64,000 nucleotides of DNA. It comes from Nanobdellota archaeon. GTDB lineage: Archaea; Nanobdellota; Nanobdellia; Woesearchaeales; SM23-78. This document shows positions 46,585 through 56,801 of the stretch, piece by piece. Made by a program: the position numbers and the translations under genes. Under the pieces are notes generated by a model. That model was not told where the DNA came from, did no database searches, and worked only from the letters and a program-made list of their open reading frames with translations. The stretch's first letter is position 1. Each line of letters begins with the position of its first letter. The stretch lies in contig JAHJQO010000033.1 in the NCBI GenBank assembly GCA_018819305.1, forward strand, positions 1,430 to 65,429. Reading direction: 5' to 3'.

Positions 46585-46944
46585 ATGACAGACTTAGTAG
46601 CATGCCTTAGCACTGGAAAGGGAACATGGACCAATGTTCTTCAGCTGGTTAAGAAAGAAGAATTTACAAATGTTTTTCTTATTGTTAATGACTGGGCTAA
46701 AGACAACCTGAAGCTTGAGAGAGCTAACCTGCATGTGATTGTTGTTGATGCAAATTCAAAATTGCAGGTAATCAGGGGCATGATTATTGCAGGATTAAAA
46801 GACAAGGTCAAAGGCCTGGAAGTTGCTGTTAACATTGATTCTGGCAGCGGCAAGGAACACACAGCAATCTTGTCAGCACTTATCAATCTGGGCTTTGCTT
46901 TGAGATTTGTCTCTTTTGAGAATGAAGAGATTATTGAGATTTGA
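46585..46944 (+). CDS. Small alpha/beta hypothetical protein (possibly CARF-like Rossmann fold)
   Basis: LVACLSTGKGTW, VFLI, VAVNIDSGSGKEH. Confidence 0.65.
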   Translation: MTDLVACLSTGKGTWTNVLQLVKKEEFTNVFLIVNDWAKDNLKLERANLHVIVVDANSKLQVIRGMIIAGLKDKVKGLEVAVNIDSGSGKEHTAILSALINLGFALRFVSFENEEIIEI

Positions 46945-46989
46945 ATTCATGATAAACTTTATTAACTTCGGCGCACTATTTAATTTAAA

Positions 46990-47436
46990 ATGAGGTGCAT
47001 AGGGATATTTTTATTCACAATTTTAAGTATTCTGGTTATTTCAGGATGTCAATATAGTATTCCTGAAAATATTCCTAAAGAAGAATTTTTTTCTGAAAAC
47101 ATTAATCTCAGACTCGAACTTGTTGAAAATGAGCCTTTGTTTAAGCAAGTTGAAAAAATTAAGCCTGATTCAATAATTACTTTGAAGGCAAAGATTCTTG
47201 GCATTGAATCAGAAGATGCTTTGGCAGGAAAATTGCGTGTTGGAGAAACAATTGAAATAAATGCAGGCAACATGCAGGAGTTCTTTGACTGCTGGCAAGA
47301 TGAATGCACTTTTAATCAGCAGTATTTTGACAACAGCGGATTAGCAGGGCTTCAGCCAGAAGATAGATTCAGATTGGCAGTTATATTATTTTCTTTTGAT
47401 AAAAATTTCAAAGAATTTGAAATTAGAGGAATATAA
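46990..47436 (+). CDS. Putative lipoprotein
   Basis: Signal peptide ending ISGC. Confidence 0.65.
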   Translation: MRCIGIFLFTILSILVISGCQYSIPENIPKEEFFSENINLRLELVENEPLFKQVEKIKPDSIITLKAKILGIESEDALAGKLRVGETIEINAGNMQEFFDCWQDECTFNQQYFDNSGLAGLQPEDRFRLAVILFSFDKNFKEFEIRGI

Positions 47437-47471
47437 AAATAGAATTCATAAATCTAGTCCATACCATAAAT

Positions 47472-48140
47472 CTAATCCATAATTCCAAGAAGCTGATATA
47501 CTACTCTGTCAGCAACTCTTATCATGTCTGTATAAGTCTTTGCTTCAAGAATCACGCAGTATCCTTCTGATGATGCTAAATTCACATTACTTAGTGTGAG
47601 CCAGACTACTAAAGTCCTATTGCTTGAATGTCTGCAAGTGATGATTGGCGTCTCACTCTCTGTAACTGCGTTGCTTGGAGGCTTGATAAAAGCAGAACTA
47701 GTAGGTATTTGATACCATTGCCCTGTAATCTTAGATATCTCCACCCCTGCAAGCACAACTTCATTACTCTCAGAGTCCGGATCCAGAGTGATGAATATGC
47801 TTCCATTATTTCTTTTCATATCAAGGAATTTTTCTTTTAATGTGCTGTCAATAATAATATCTTCTAGTTCAGAAGGGTGATAGTAAAAAGGAACTGGTGA
47901 CCGCTGATTGCCACTCTGAATTTCAGTATACCAGAACTTGCCTACTGGTGTAAACTCAAAATTATTGTACTTGTTGCCTTCAAACTTTGTTTTATTTATG
48001 AATTTAGGAACAAAAACAATTGCTAAAAATAAAATAATAAGAATGCTGGCAAAAATAATAAAATTAATTGTTTTTGCTCTTGCTTCTTCAGGAGTCTCTT
48101 CTTTAACAAGTTCTTCTTTTTTTTCTTCTTCTTCATTCAT
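47472..48140 (-). CDS. Membrane-anchored hypothetical protein (paralog of the adjacent gene)
   Basis: One TM helix; YNNFEF, FYYHP, ITLDP, PIITC, ADRVVY. Confidence 0.7.
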   Translation of the reverse strand: MNEEEEKKEELVKEETPEEARAKTINFIIFASILIILFLAIVFVPKFINKTKFEGNKYNNFEFTPVGKFWYTEIQSGNQRSPVPFYYHPSELEDIIIDSTLKEKFLDMKRNNGSIFITLDPDSESNEVVLAGVEISKITGQWYQIPTSSAFIKPPSNAVTESETPIITCRHSSNRTLVVWLTLSNVNLASSEGYCVILEAKTYTDMIRVADRVVYQLLGIMD

Positions 48141-48714
48141 CCTGTATCACGCCAAAATAAGAATAAACTAATCTATCTTTTAACTGGACAAACTCAGGAC
48201 CTCTTGCATTCAAGTAAATGCAATTGTCAATGTCCTTAATGCTTGTTTCTGATGAAATATTAAATATAATCATTGGTGTCTGCAGGGTGGCATTTGCACA
48301 AGTTATAACTGGCAATGCATAATCTTCAGATTCAACAAGCACACCATTTACAATGGATTTGCCAAGGACCTGTGAAAGCTCAAACCTTGCAAGCTCAATA
48401 TAAGGCAGGCTTGGATCTTCTTCTGGATTAAAAGTCATATATATCAAGTAAGATTCTTTAAGCTTGTTCATAGTAGCACTGGAAAGATTAATATGAACAA
48501 GCTGCTGAGGCAGGTTATAGAAAAACATTTCTTTATCATTAATTTTAGTAACATATCTATTATCTTTAATAGAAAATTTATAATCATTATATTTTAATTC
48601 ATCAGTCTGATTGCCAATAATAACTCCAAAACCAGAAGCTACCATTAGAAATACAAGAATACCAGCCATCCATACCTGCTTTCTTTTCTCAGTTTTACGT
48701 TCACGCCGTCCCAT
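48133..48714 (-). CDS. Membrane-anchored hypothetical protein (paralog of the adjacent gene)
   Basis: One TM helix; YNDYKF, FYNLP, MTFNP, PVITC, KDRLVY. Confidence 0.7.
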   Translation of the reverse strand: MGRRERKTEKRKQVWMAGILVFLMVASGFGVIIGNQTDELKYNDYKFSIKDNRYVTKINDKEMFFYNLPQQLVHINLSSATMNKLKESYLIYMTFNPEEDPSLPYIELARFELSQVLGKSIVNGVLVESEDYALPVITCANATLQTPMIIFNISSETSIKDIDNCIYLNARGPEFVQLKDRLVYSYFGVIQDE

Positions 48715-48767
48715 AGCACATGGTAGAAATAAGGGGTTTTTAAAGGTTGTTATAGATTTTATTTAAT

Positions 48768-49331
48768 TCAGAATTCTTGGTTCAGCTTCGCAATATAAGG
48801 ACAGTCAATTTTAAGTTTTTTTACCATTTTTTTCCCAAATTCACGCATATAAACTTTTATCATTATTTTGTATGCATCATTAATACTGCCATGGAGCACT
48901 TTGGTTTTTTTGTCATAATGCCATTTTCCTTTTTTATCTAATTTTTTTTCTGAAGGTCTTACATTTATCAGCAGGGAAAACTTGATTCCTGATTCAATCA
49001 TATCTTTGACATCGTGCTTGCTGAGATAATCAATTCCACAGGTGTGTGAATGAAACTCTCCTAGGATTTTGCATCCTGAAAGATAATTAATAACATATCT
49101 GAGCCTGTCATCTTGTTTTGGCGAGATAAATACTTCATCTTCTTTCCTGACAGCATGCTGGTAAGTCACTGCATTTTTTATAGTGATAAATGATTTATAT
49201 CTGCTTTCTTTGACAGAACCCACCAGAAGACCATAAGTTTCTTTTCGATATACTTCTATGGCTGCTGTTAGAAGTGAAACTAGAGCTTGTTCTTGGATTA
49301 TTGCTGTAGAAATTTTTCTAGGCATGTTCAT
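48768..49331 (-). CDS. JAB/MPN+ (JAMM) metalloprotease domain protein
   Basis: ETYGLLVG; HSH-x7-S-x2-D (EFHSHTCGIDYLSKHD). Confidence 0.85.
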   Translation of the reverse strand: MNMPRKISTAIIQEQALVSLLTAAIEVYRKETYGLLVGSVKESRYKSFITIKNAVTYQHAVRKEDEVFISPKQDDRLRYVINYLSGCKILGEFHSHTCGIDYLSKHDVKDMIESGIKFSLLINVRPSEKKLDKKGKWHYDKKTKVLHGSINDAYKIMIKVYMREFGKKMVKKLKIDCPYIAKLNQEF

Positions 49332-49435
49332 GAGTGTCGATTTCAAGCTTTGTTGCTGTCTCTGGTTTATTAAGTTTCCGATATTGGTTTTAAAGCAAAA
49401 ACTTTAAGAAACCCTGTTATTAACCATGTAACATT

Positions 49436-51994
49436 ATGCTGACTGACAAGCAATTAAAGACAAAATTCAAGAAGACAGCAAGTGCTGAGCCTGATAAATA
49501 TTATGCTACAAAAGTGCTGAAAAAACAGGGTTTTATGCGTAAGCTTTGCCAGTGCGGCATGTGGTTCTGGACTATGCATGAGAAGCAGGAGACTTGTGGT
49601 GATGCAGCCTGCATGGGCGGAGTGGATATATTTAAGGGCGCACCTGTAAAAAAGAAACTTACTTTTATTGACACATGGCTTAACTTTAAGAAGTTCTTTG
49701 TAAACAGAGGCTACAAAGCAATCAACCGTTATCCTGTGATTGCAAGATGGAATCCTACAATTGATTTCACAAATTCATCTATTGCTGCTTTTCAGCCTTA
49801 TGTTATTAGCGGAGAAAGCCCTCCGCCTGCAAAAAAGCTTGTTATTCCTCAGTTTTGCCTAAGATTTGGTGATGTTGATAATGTTGGTGTTACTGGCAGC
49901 CATTGCACTGGCTTTGTTATGATTGGCCAGCATGCTTTTATTGAGCCTGAAGAATGGGACAGGGACAAATTTTTTCAGGATATTTATGATTACATCACAA
50001 TAGAGGTTGGTGTGCCTAAAGAAGAGCTTACTTTGCACGAGGAATCATGGGCTGGAGGAGGCAATTATGGACCTTGCATGGAATTCTTTAGCAGAGGCAT
50101 AGAGCTCTTTAATCAGGTTTATATGATGTTTGAGCATTCAGACCATGGAGACAAAGAGCTTGCAATCAAGGTTCTGGACATGGGTCTTGGAATGGAGCGT
50201 GTTGCATGGTTTACCCAGGGGGCGATGACAATTTATGATGCTGCTTTTCCAACAGTCATTGAAAAACTAAAGAAAAAACTTGAAGTAAAATTTAACCAGG
50301 CGCTTTACAAAAAATTCGCACCTCTTGCTTCTAAGCTTAATCTCGACGAAGTAGATGATATTGACAAGCAGTGGAAAGACGTGGCTGAGGAGATTGGTGT
50401 TGAAGTTGATGAGCTTAAAGAAAAAATCCTTCCTATGACTGCTCTTTATTCTGTTGCAGAGCATAGCAGGGCTTTGCTGTTTGCAATTGTTGACGGCGGG
50501 CTTCCTTCAAATGTTGGAGGATATTATAATCTCAGAGTTATCTTTAGGCGTGCAATGGAGTTCATTGACAGGTTTAAATGGGATGTTAACATGGCTGATA
50601 TTTGCCAATGGCATGCTGATTATCTGAAACCTGTTTATCCTGAGCTTTTGAAAGGCATGGCTGAAGTCAGCAAGATTTTAGAAGTTGAAAAGAAAAAATA
50701 TTATCACAGCAAGAGAAAAGGAAAACTTGTTGTTGAGCAGATGCTTAAGAGCAATAAAAATATTTCAACTGACATTCTTATAAAACTTTATGACAGCCAT
50801 GGTATTAGTCCTGAGCAGGTTAGAGAAGAAGCACTTGCTCTTAAAAAGAAAGTTGTTATTCCTGAAAACTTTTATGCATTAGTTGCAGACAAGCATGCAA
50901 ATGCAGAGCAAAAAACCCAGACTAAAAAACAAAAAGAAATTGCTCTTGGTGATTTGCAAGGCACAGATGCGCTTTATTTTGATTCTTATGATTATGTCAG
51001 GTTCAAGGCAAAAGTTTTGAAGATCCTTGAAGACCAGTACAGATGGTATGTTGTTCTTGACAGAACTGCTTTTTATCCAACAAGTGGTGGTCAGCTTCAT
51101 GACAAAGGCACTCTGAATAAGACAGATGTTGTGGATGTTTTAAAGCAGGGCAGTGTTATTGTACATGTTTGTTTGAGAAAACCTGATTTCATTGAAGGAG
51201 ACTCTGTTGTTGGCACTGTTGACTTTGACACCAGACTTCAGCTTGCCCAGCATCACACAGCAGCTCATATAATTAATGGTGTGGCCAGAAGGATTCTTGG
51301 CAATCATATCTGGCAGGCAGGTGCAGGCAAGACTTTGGAAAAAGCAAGACTTGACATTACTCATTATGATGCTTTGACAGATGAAGAAGTTGCCAAGATT
51401 GAAGAAATGGCTAATGAGATTATTAAGAATAATATTCCTGTTTACAAGAGTTTTATGGCTAGAAATGTTGCGGAAGCCAAATATGGTTTTACACTTTATC
51501 AGGGTGGTGCTGTTCCTGGAAAAGAAATTCGTGTTGTTGCCATCAGCGGCCTTGATGTTGAGGCTTGTGGAGGAACACACTTAAATCTGACAGGTGAAGC
51601 AAAGCTTATCAAAATTCTCAGAACAAGTAAAATTCAGGATGGTATCGTGAGAATTGAGTTTACTGCTGGCAATGCTGCTGAAAAAACACAGGTAAAAGAA
51701 GACAAAGTGCTTCAGCAGACTGCTGACATGTTAAAGGTTGATATTGATCAGCTGCCAGGCAGGGTTGAGGAGTTGTTTGAGAAATGGAAAAAAGCAAAAA
51801 AAGCAATTAAAAAGAAAAAAAAGCTTGATGCCAAAGAGTTAAAAGAGTTTGAACTTTCAAGCACTGCTTCTTACAAAGGAGAAGATATTCTTTACAAGTT
51901 AGCAGAAGTTCTTAGCACCCAGCCAGACCATGTTAACAAGACAATTAAAAGGTTTTTAATGGAGTTAGATGAATATAGGAATAAACTGCAGTGA
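49436..51994 (+). CDS. alaS: Alanine--tRNA ligase (archaeal type)
   Basis: RYPVIARW, SIAAFQP, DMGLGMER, FYPTSGGQ, QHHTAAH, EACGGTH. Confidence 0.97.
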   Translation: MLTDKQLKTKFKKTASAEPDKYYATKVLKKQGFMRKLCQCGMWFWTMHEKQETCGDAACMGGVDIFKGAPVKKKLTFIDTWLNFKKFFVNRGYKAINRYPVIARWNPTIDFTNSSIAAFQPYVISGESPPPAKKLVIPQFCLRFGDVDNVGVTGSHCTGFVMIGQHAFIEPEEWDRDKFFQDIYDYITIEVGVPKEELTLHEESWAGGGNYGPCMEFFSRGIELFNQVYMMFEHSDHGDKELAIKVLDMGLGMERVAWFTQGAMTIYDAAFPTVIEKLKKKLEVKFNQALYKKFAPLASKLNLDEVDDIDKQWKDVAEEIGVEVDELKEKILPMTALYSVAEHSRALLFAIVDGGLPSNVGGYYNLRVIFRRAMEFIDRFKWDVNMADICQWHADYLKPVYPELLKGMAEVSKILEVEKKKYYHSKRKGKLVVEQMLKSNKNISTDILIKLYDSHGISPEQVREEALALKKKVVIPENFYALVADKHANAEQKTQTKKQKEIALGDLQGTDALYFDSYDYVRFKAKVLKILEDQYRWYVVLDRTAFYPTSGGQLHDKGTLNKTDVVDVLKQGSVIVHVCLRKPDFIEGDSVVGTVDFDTRLQLAQHHTAAHIINGVARRILGNHIWQAGAGKTLEKARLDITHYDALTDEEVAKIEEMANEIIKNNIPVYKSFMARNVAEAKYGFTLYQGGAVPGKEIRVVAISGLDVEACGGTHLNLTGEAKLIKILRTSKIQDGIVRIEFTAGNAAEKTQVKEDKVLQQTADMLKVDIDQLPGRVEELFEKWKKAKKAIKKKKKLDAKELKEFELSSTASYKGEDILYKLAEVLSTQPDHVNKTIKRFLMELDEYRNKLQ

Positions 51995-52040
51995 AATAAT
52001 CTAATTTAAATAATCTAATTTAAATAATCTAATTTAAATA
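51994..52040 (+). repeat. Tandem repeat AAATAATCTAATTT x3 plus a partial copy
   Basis: Units at 51994-52007, 52008-52021 and 52022-52035. Confidence 0.9.
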
Positions 52041-52146
52041 AAATAATAATTTAGATTGGAAATTCTCTTATTCAACCAGTTTACCAGCTGATAACTGGAA
52101 CAGAGAACAAGAAAAGAAATAACAGAAACATAAAGCGCTGATAATC

Positions 52147-52329
52147 GTGGTACATTCCATAAAAGAGTCAGATTTAGAATTACTCTGCCCTAAATGCAGG
52201 ACAAAGCATAATTCAGACCTGAAGTGGATTCCTGAATTCTGGAAAGAAGTCCATTACAGAACCCTGCTTTGCACTTGTGGTTATAAAGTATCAATTAGGA
52301 CAAATGGTTTTCATTCAGGCCATTATTGA
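52147..52329 (+). CDS. Small Zn-ribbon protein
   Basis: CPKC...CTCG; 60 aa. Confidence 0.65.
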   Translation: MVHSIKESDLELLCPKCRTKHNSDLKWIPEFWKEVHYRTLLCTCGYKVSIRTNGFHSGHY

Positions 52330-52390
52330 TATCTCATATATTTTATACTTTTTGAATAACTTTATAAAATATTGATTCTCACTTTTTTTT

Positions 52391-53146
52391 ATGATAGGAA
52401 TAAGTTCAAAAAACGCTTTTTCAGCAGAGTTCTGGTGGAATACTTTGATAGATAAAGGTTTTAAGCTTCTTGAACTTAACCACAGGGTTACACCAATTAG
52501 TTTTAATCCAGAGCATATTACAGGCATGAAAGAAATTATTAAGAATAATGATTTGACTATTACAATTCATAGCGGAGTAACAGATATTTTGCATCCAGAT
52601 GAAATCACTGCAGAGTACCAGTTATTGCTTCTCAAAGCTGAGATAAAATATGCCTCAGACATTGGCATGAATCATGTTATTTTTCACATGTCATCTTATC
52701 TTGACCATGAAAAAGACAAAGACAGGATTCATGAATTTCTTTCAGAAGTTATTGAGTTTGCCAGAATCCATGATGTTAAATTATTTTTAGAAAATGATTC
52801 AAAAGGAGCATGGGTTAATCCTGATGATTTACTGCCTTATTTTGAAAAATACAAAAATCTCAAACATCTGCTTGATATAGGACATCTTAACAGGGCATTA
52901 CATTCAGGATTTGTAAAATCAGAAAAAGATTATTTTGACAAACTTGGCAAACATATTTGCTATGTTCATATTCATGGCAACAAAGGAATTATTGATGAGC
53001 ATACGTCTGTTGACAAGGGAAACCTGAAGCTTGATTTTCTTCTTCCTGAAATAAAAAAATTAAACCCTATTGTTATTATTGAAACAAATAATATGGAAGA
53101 TGCATTAATAACAGAGAAAATACTCCAAGCAAATGGATTTGAATAA
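52391..53146 (+). CDS. Sugar phosphate isomerase/epimerase (AP endonuclease 2-like TIM barrel)
   Basis: TIHS, IFH, LEND, LDIGH, HIHGN...DEH, IIE. Confidence 0.85.
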   Translation: MIGISSKNAFSAEFWWNTLIDKGFKLLELNHRVTPISFNPEHITGMKEIIKNNDLTITIHSGVTDILHPDEITAEYQLLLLKAEIKYASDIGMNHVIFHMSSYLDHEKDKDRIHEFLSEVIEFARIHDVKLFLENDSKGAWVNPDDLLPYFEKYKNLKHLLDIGHLNRALHSGFVKSEKDYFDKLGKHICYVHIHGNKGIIDEHTSVDKGNLKLDFLLPEIKKLNPIVIIETNNMEDALITEKILQANGFE

Positions 53147-53156
53147 TTACCTCTTA

Positions 53157-54803
53157 TCACCACTTCTTTCTTTTGAAACTGTCTTTTACAATTGAGAACA
53201 AAAGATAAAGCAGCAAGAGCACTCCAAGAATTATGAATAATCTGCTTAAAAGAAAACTTATCTTGTAAGTAAGGCTTGCTCCTATTGCAAAGCCAGCAAT
53301 CAGAATTCCTATGATTATTCTGCCACCTTCAATCCTAATTTCATTTGTCAGGCTCTGGATGTCAGAATTAATATGGTCAAGTGTAATGTCTGCTTTCTGG
53401 ACAGTTTGATACATTTTTTGGGATTCTTCTGGCAGTGAATCAACAAATTCCAGGAATTTTGCTGTGCGTTTTACAAGAGCTCTGGCAATTAAAGATGGCT
53501 TTGTTTTTTCTTTTGCAAGAACTTTTAGAAAAGGATGTGTTTCTCTTACAAGATTGAAATCAGGGTCAAGCTCAATGCCGACACCCTGCAGAGTAATAAG
53601 TGCTTTTCCCAGGAGCACAAAGTCTTTGGGAATCTTTATTTTATGCCTTTTTGCAACTTCAAGACTCTTGAAAAACAATTCTGCCATGTCAATCTTTTCC
53701 AGACTTGTATCATAATATCCTCCCAGAGTATTTCTTAAATCAGTTTTTAACCTGATAACATCAACGTCACTCTCGACAAGATTAAGGCTGATAAAAGATT
53801 TGACCAGACCATTGATATCTCCATGAATCAGGCTGATGAATAAATTGCCAAGCCTTTTTTTTAAATCCTTGTCAATCCGTCCGACAATTCCAAAATCAAT
53901 TAAGCCAAGTGAATATGTGCTCTTTGTTTTTTTTACAAGAATATTTGCTGGATGAGGGTCTGCATGAAAAAACCCATTGATAAAAATCTGCTTCATAACA
54001 GTCTCAACTAATAAGTGAGATGTTTTTTTTCTGTCATATTTTAGGTTTTTCTTCGGATACTGTATGATGTCTCTGAGTTCAATACCATCCAAAAATTCCA
54101 TTGTCAGCACTTTGTGTGTTGTGAATTTGTCATAAACCTTTGGAATCCTTACTTTTTTGTCTTTTTTGAAAAGTTCATAAAAGATTTTTATGTTATGGGC
54201 TTCTTTTAGATAGTCAAGTTCATTTTCAGTATAATCCTTAAACTCCTTAAAAATTTGATCAGGATCAATAAGCTCTTGCTTTAAATGAGCTTTTGCAAGT
54301 TTAGTAAAATGTTCAATAATATCAAGGTCTGTCTCAATCAAATGCTTTATTCCAGGACGCATTACTTTGACTGCAACTTTTTTATTGTTTTTTAACTTTG
54401 CAAGATGAACCTGTCCAATGCTGGCAGAAGCAAGGGGTTTTTTGTCAAAGCTCTTGAAAAGTTGCTTGATTGGTTTTCCCAGCTCTGCTTTGATAACATG
54501 CTCAACTTCAACATAAGTTATTGGCGGAACATCATCCTGTAGTTTGCTAAGTTCATCACAGTATTCTCGGGGAATAAGATCAGGCCTAAGACTCAACAAC
54601 TGGCCCAGTTTGATAAAAGTGCCGCCAAGCTCTTCAAACATCAGTCTGAGCTCAACAGGATGAGTGTCTTTTTTCTTTTTGAAAAAACTTTTTCTTTTGA
54701 GCTTTAATTTTTCCAGAACACAGCCTATTTCATACTTGGTCACCACCCCAAGAATTTGCTCAAACCTCTTTATCCCGCGATACCTTTTGGGTATATTAAA
54801 CAT
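53157..54803 (-). CDS. AarF/ABC1/UbiB family atypical kinase
   Basis: IKLGQLLS, ASASIGQVH, VAVKV, FHADPHPAN, DFG; C-terminal TM helices. Confidence 0.93.
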   Translation of the reverse strand: MFNIPKRYRGIKRFEQILGVVTKYEIGCVLEKLKLKRKSFFKKKKDTHPVELRLMFEELGGTFIKLGQLLSLRPDLIPREYCDELSKLQDDVPPITYVEVEHVIKAELGKPIKQLFKSFDKKPLASASIGQVHLAKLKNNKKVAVKVMRPGIKHLIETDLDIIEHFTKLAKAHLKQELIDPDQIFKEFKDYTENELDYLKEAHNIKIFYELFKKDKKVRIPKVYDKFTTHKVLTMEFLDGIELRDIIQYPKKNLKYDRKKTSHLLVETVMKQIFINGFFHADPHPANILVKKTKSTYSLGLIDFGIVGRIDKDLKKRLGNLFISLIHGDINGLVKSFISLNLVESDVDVIRLKTDLRNTLGGYYDTSLEKIDMAELFFKSLEVAKRHKIKIPKDFVLLGKALITLQGVGIELDPDFNLVRETHPFLKVLAKEKTKPSLIARALVKRTAKFLEFVDSLPEESQKMYQTVQKADITLDHINSDIQSLTNEIRIEGGRIIIGILIAGFAIGASLTYKISFLLSRLFIILGVLLLLYLLFSIVKDSFKRKKW

Positions 54804-54880
54804 TAATATTAGAAGATGAATTAAGGTTTAAAAAGTTATTGGAAGATTTTATATATTTGATATTTTTTCTTTGGCTTGAA

Positions 54881-55927
54881 ATGTACAAGCTGATAAGACC
54901 TTTGATTTTCAAATATGACCCTGAAGATGTTCATGAAAAAATTATTGCTCTTTCCCTCTCTCTTTCAAATTCTCACTTGAACAAAATAATAAAAGGTTTA
55001 TATTCTTATGAAAACAAAATGTTAAATACCAATGTTTTTGGAATTGATTTTAAGAATCCAGTTGGTCTGGCTGCGGGTTATGACAAGAACGGAGAGTTAT
55101 TAGATTTTCTTCCATCCTTAGGATTTGGCTTTATAGAAATAGGTTCTGTTTCAGCCCAGCCCAGCCAAGGCAATACTAAACCAAGGATTTTCAGATTTCC
55201 TAAAGACAAATCGCTTGTAAACAGAACGGGTTTGCCTAATAAAGGAGTTGATAAGATTCATGATAAAATAAAAGATAAAAAGTTTAAAGTTCCAGTTGGA
55301 ATTAACATTGTAAAGACCCACAATCCTGAGCTTTTAGGAGAGGCAGGAATTTTTGACATATGTTATTCTTTTTTGAGGTTACATGATTTGGGAGATTATA
55401 TTACTATCAATATAAGCTGTCCTAATACAGCAGAAGGAAAAACTTTTGAAGATAAAAACTCGCTTAATGATTTGTTATTGGAAATAAATAAAATAAGAAA
55501 GAATTTCTCAGAGAGAAAACCAATTCTCTTAAAGATTTCTCCAGATCTGTCTTATAATGTAATGGATGATGTTCTTGAGATTGCAGAGTATTTTAGTATT
55601 GACGGTTATGTTATTAGCAATACATCTTCAATCAATACTAAAGGAATTGAAGGAGGGTTAAGTGGTTTGCCAATAAAACAGAAATCAACAGAACTGATTA
55701 GATATGTGCATAAGCATATTCCTGACACCTCGATTGTTGGTGTAGGGGGTATTTTTTCTGCTCAAGATGCTTATGAAAAGATTCTGGCAGGTGCTTCTCT
55801 TGTTCAGGGTTACACAGGATTGATTTATGAAGGCCCTGGTTTAGTTAAGAAAATTAACAAGGGTTTGGTTAGATTGCTCAAAAGAGATGGTTTTTCTTCT
55901 TTAGAAGAAGCTGTTGGAAGTGAATAA
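54881..55927 (+). CDS. pyrD: Dihydroorotate dehydrogenase, class 2 (quinone-type) scaffold
   Basis: DPEDVHE N-terminal helix, NPVGLAAGYDKNG, GFGFIEIG, KPRIFR, NISCPNT, GGLSG, YTGLIYEGP. Confidence 0.92.
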   Translation: MYKLIRPLIFKYDPEDVHEKIIALSLSLSNSHLNKIIKGLYSYENKMLNTNVFGIDFKNPVGLAAGYDKNGELLDFLPSLGFGFIEIGSVSAQPSQGNTKPRIFRFPKDKSLVNRTGLPNKGVDKIHDKIKDKKFKVPVGINIVKTHNPELLGEAGIFDICYSFLRLHDLGDYITINISCPNTAEGKTFEDKNSLNDLLLEINKIRKNFSERKPILLKISPDLSYNVMDDVLEIAEYFSIDGYVISNTSSINTKGIEGGLSGLPIKQKSTELIRYVHKHIPDTSIVGVGGIFSAQDAYEKILAGASLVQGYTGLIYEGPGLVKKINKGLVRLLKRDGFSSLEEAVGSE

Positions 55928-55965
55928 GCCTCTGGTTTTAATATTGAGGTAGATATATTTAATAA

Positions 55966-56706
55966 TTAGCTTCCTCCTTTCGTAGGTTTTCCCTGAGTCC
56001 AATACATGTCAAAAATAAATTTCATCGCTTCTGTAACTTGTTCGTTAGATATTATGATTCCGATTATGTCTTTTTTTAGTGTATATATGGCTACTTTTTT
56101 CCCATAGATAAATATCATACAGGGAAAATTTCGAAGAGCGTTGTTAAATCTCATTTCTGTAATTTGTTTATATTCTTTTTTATGGAATGTTGCTTCATCA
56201 TATTTATCCATGACTATTTGCGCAGGTATTTTCTTATCTAATCTTATTGTCCTAAAATGCTCTGGTTGATGTTTGAGCAGTTCTTTAGATAAAGAATAAG
56301 ATCCAAAATAGTAGATTTGTTGTTTTATCTTGAATACATCAGATAAAATTGTGAATAATCCTTTAGTTCCCTCAAAAATTTCTACTGATGAAGATTGAAT
56401 TTTTGTTTCTTTCATAATCTTAAGATTGGGTAGAATTGATGTGATTAAGGCCTTTTTTTCATCTACTTTAGCAACAAGCTTTTCAGGATCTGCTGCTTCA
56501 TAGAAACGCGCATTTCCTTTAACTATAAATGAAACTAAACCTTTTGCAATTAGATAATTTAGCGTATTGTATATTGTAGTTCTTGGCAGATTCACTTTTT
56601 TTGCTATCTCTTGCAAATTAATAGAACCTAAAGGTAAAAGTGCAAGATATGTTTTAATTTCCTTATCAGATAAACCATATTCGTTTAATGCGAATTCAAT
56701 ATCCAT
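55966..56706 (-). CDS. TrmB family transcriptional regulator
   Basis: GLSDKEIKTYLALL, PRTTIYNTL..L..KGLV, VEIFEG. Confidence 0.9.
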   Translation of the reverse strand: MDIEFALNEYGLSDKEIKTYLALLPLGSINLQEIAKKVNLPRTTIYNTLNYLIAKGLVSFIVKGNARFYEAADPEKLVAKVDEKKALITSILPNLKIMKETKIQSSSVEIFEGTKGLFTILSDVFKIKQQIYYFGSYSLSKELLKHQPEHFRTIRLDKKIPAQIVMDKYDEATFHKKEYKQITEMRFNNALRNFPCMIFIYGKKVAIYTLKKDIIGIIISNEQVTEAMKFIFDMYWTQGKPTKGGS

Positions 56707-56745
56707 GTTATGAGTTTGTTAGAGGTAATATTTAAACTTATCTAT

Positions 56746-56768
56746 TTGTCCTCCATTTTGGTGGACAA
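56746..56768. promoter_or_regulatory. Imperfect palindrome TTGTCCTCCA-TTT-TGGTGGACAA, candidate TrmB operator
   Basis: 10-bp arms with 1 mismatch, between the divergent trmB and alaE-like genes. Confidence 0.55.
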
Positions 56769-56801
56769 TATTTCATATACTACTTTAACTATATATCTTA
56801 T

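Noticed and set aside
51994..52040. CRISPR array
   Set aside because: The 14-bp units are contiguous with no spacers. No repeat-spacer array was seen anywhere in the window.
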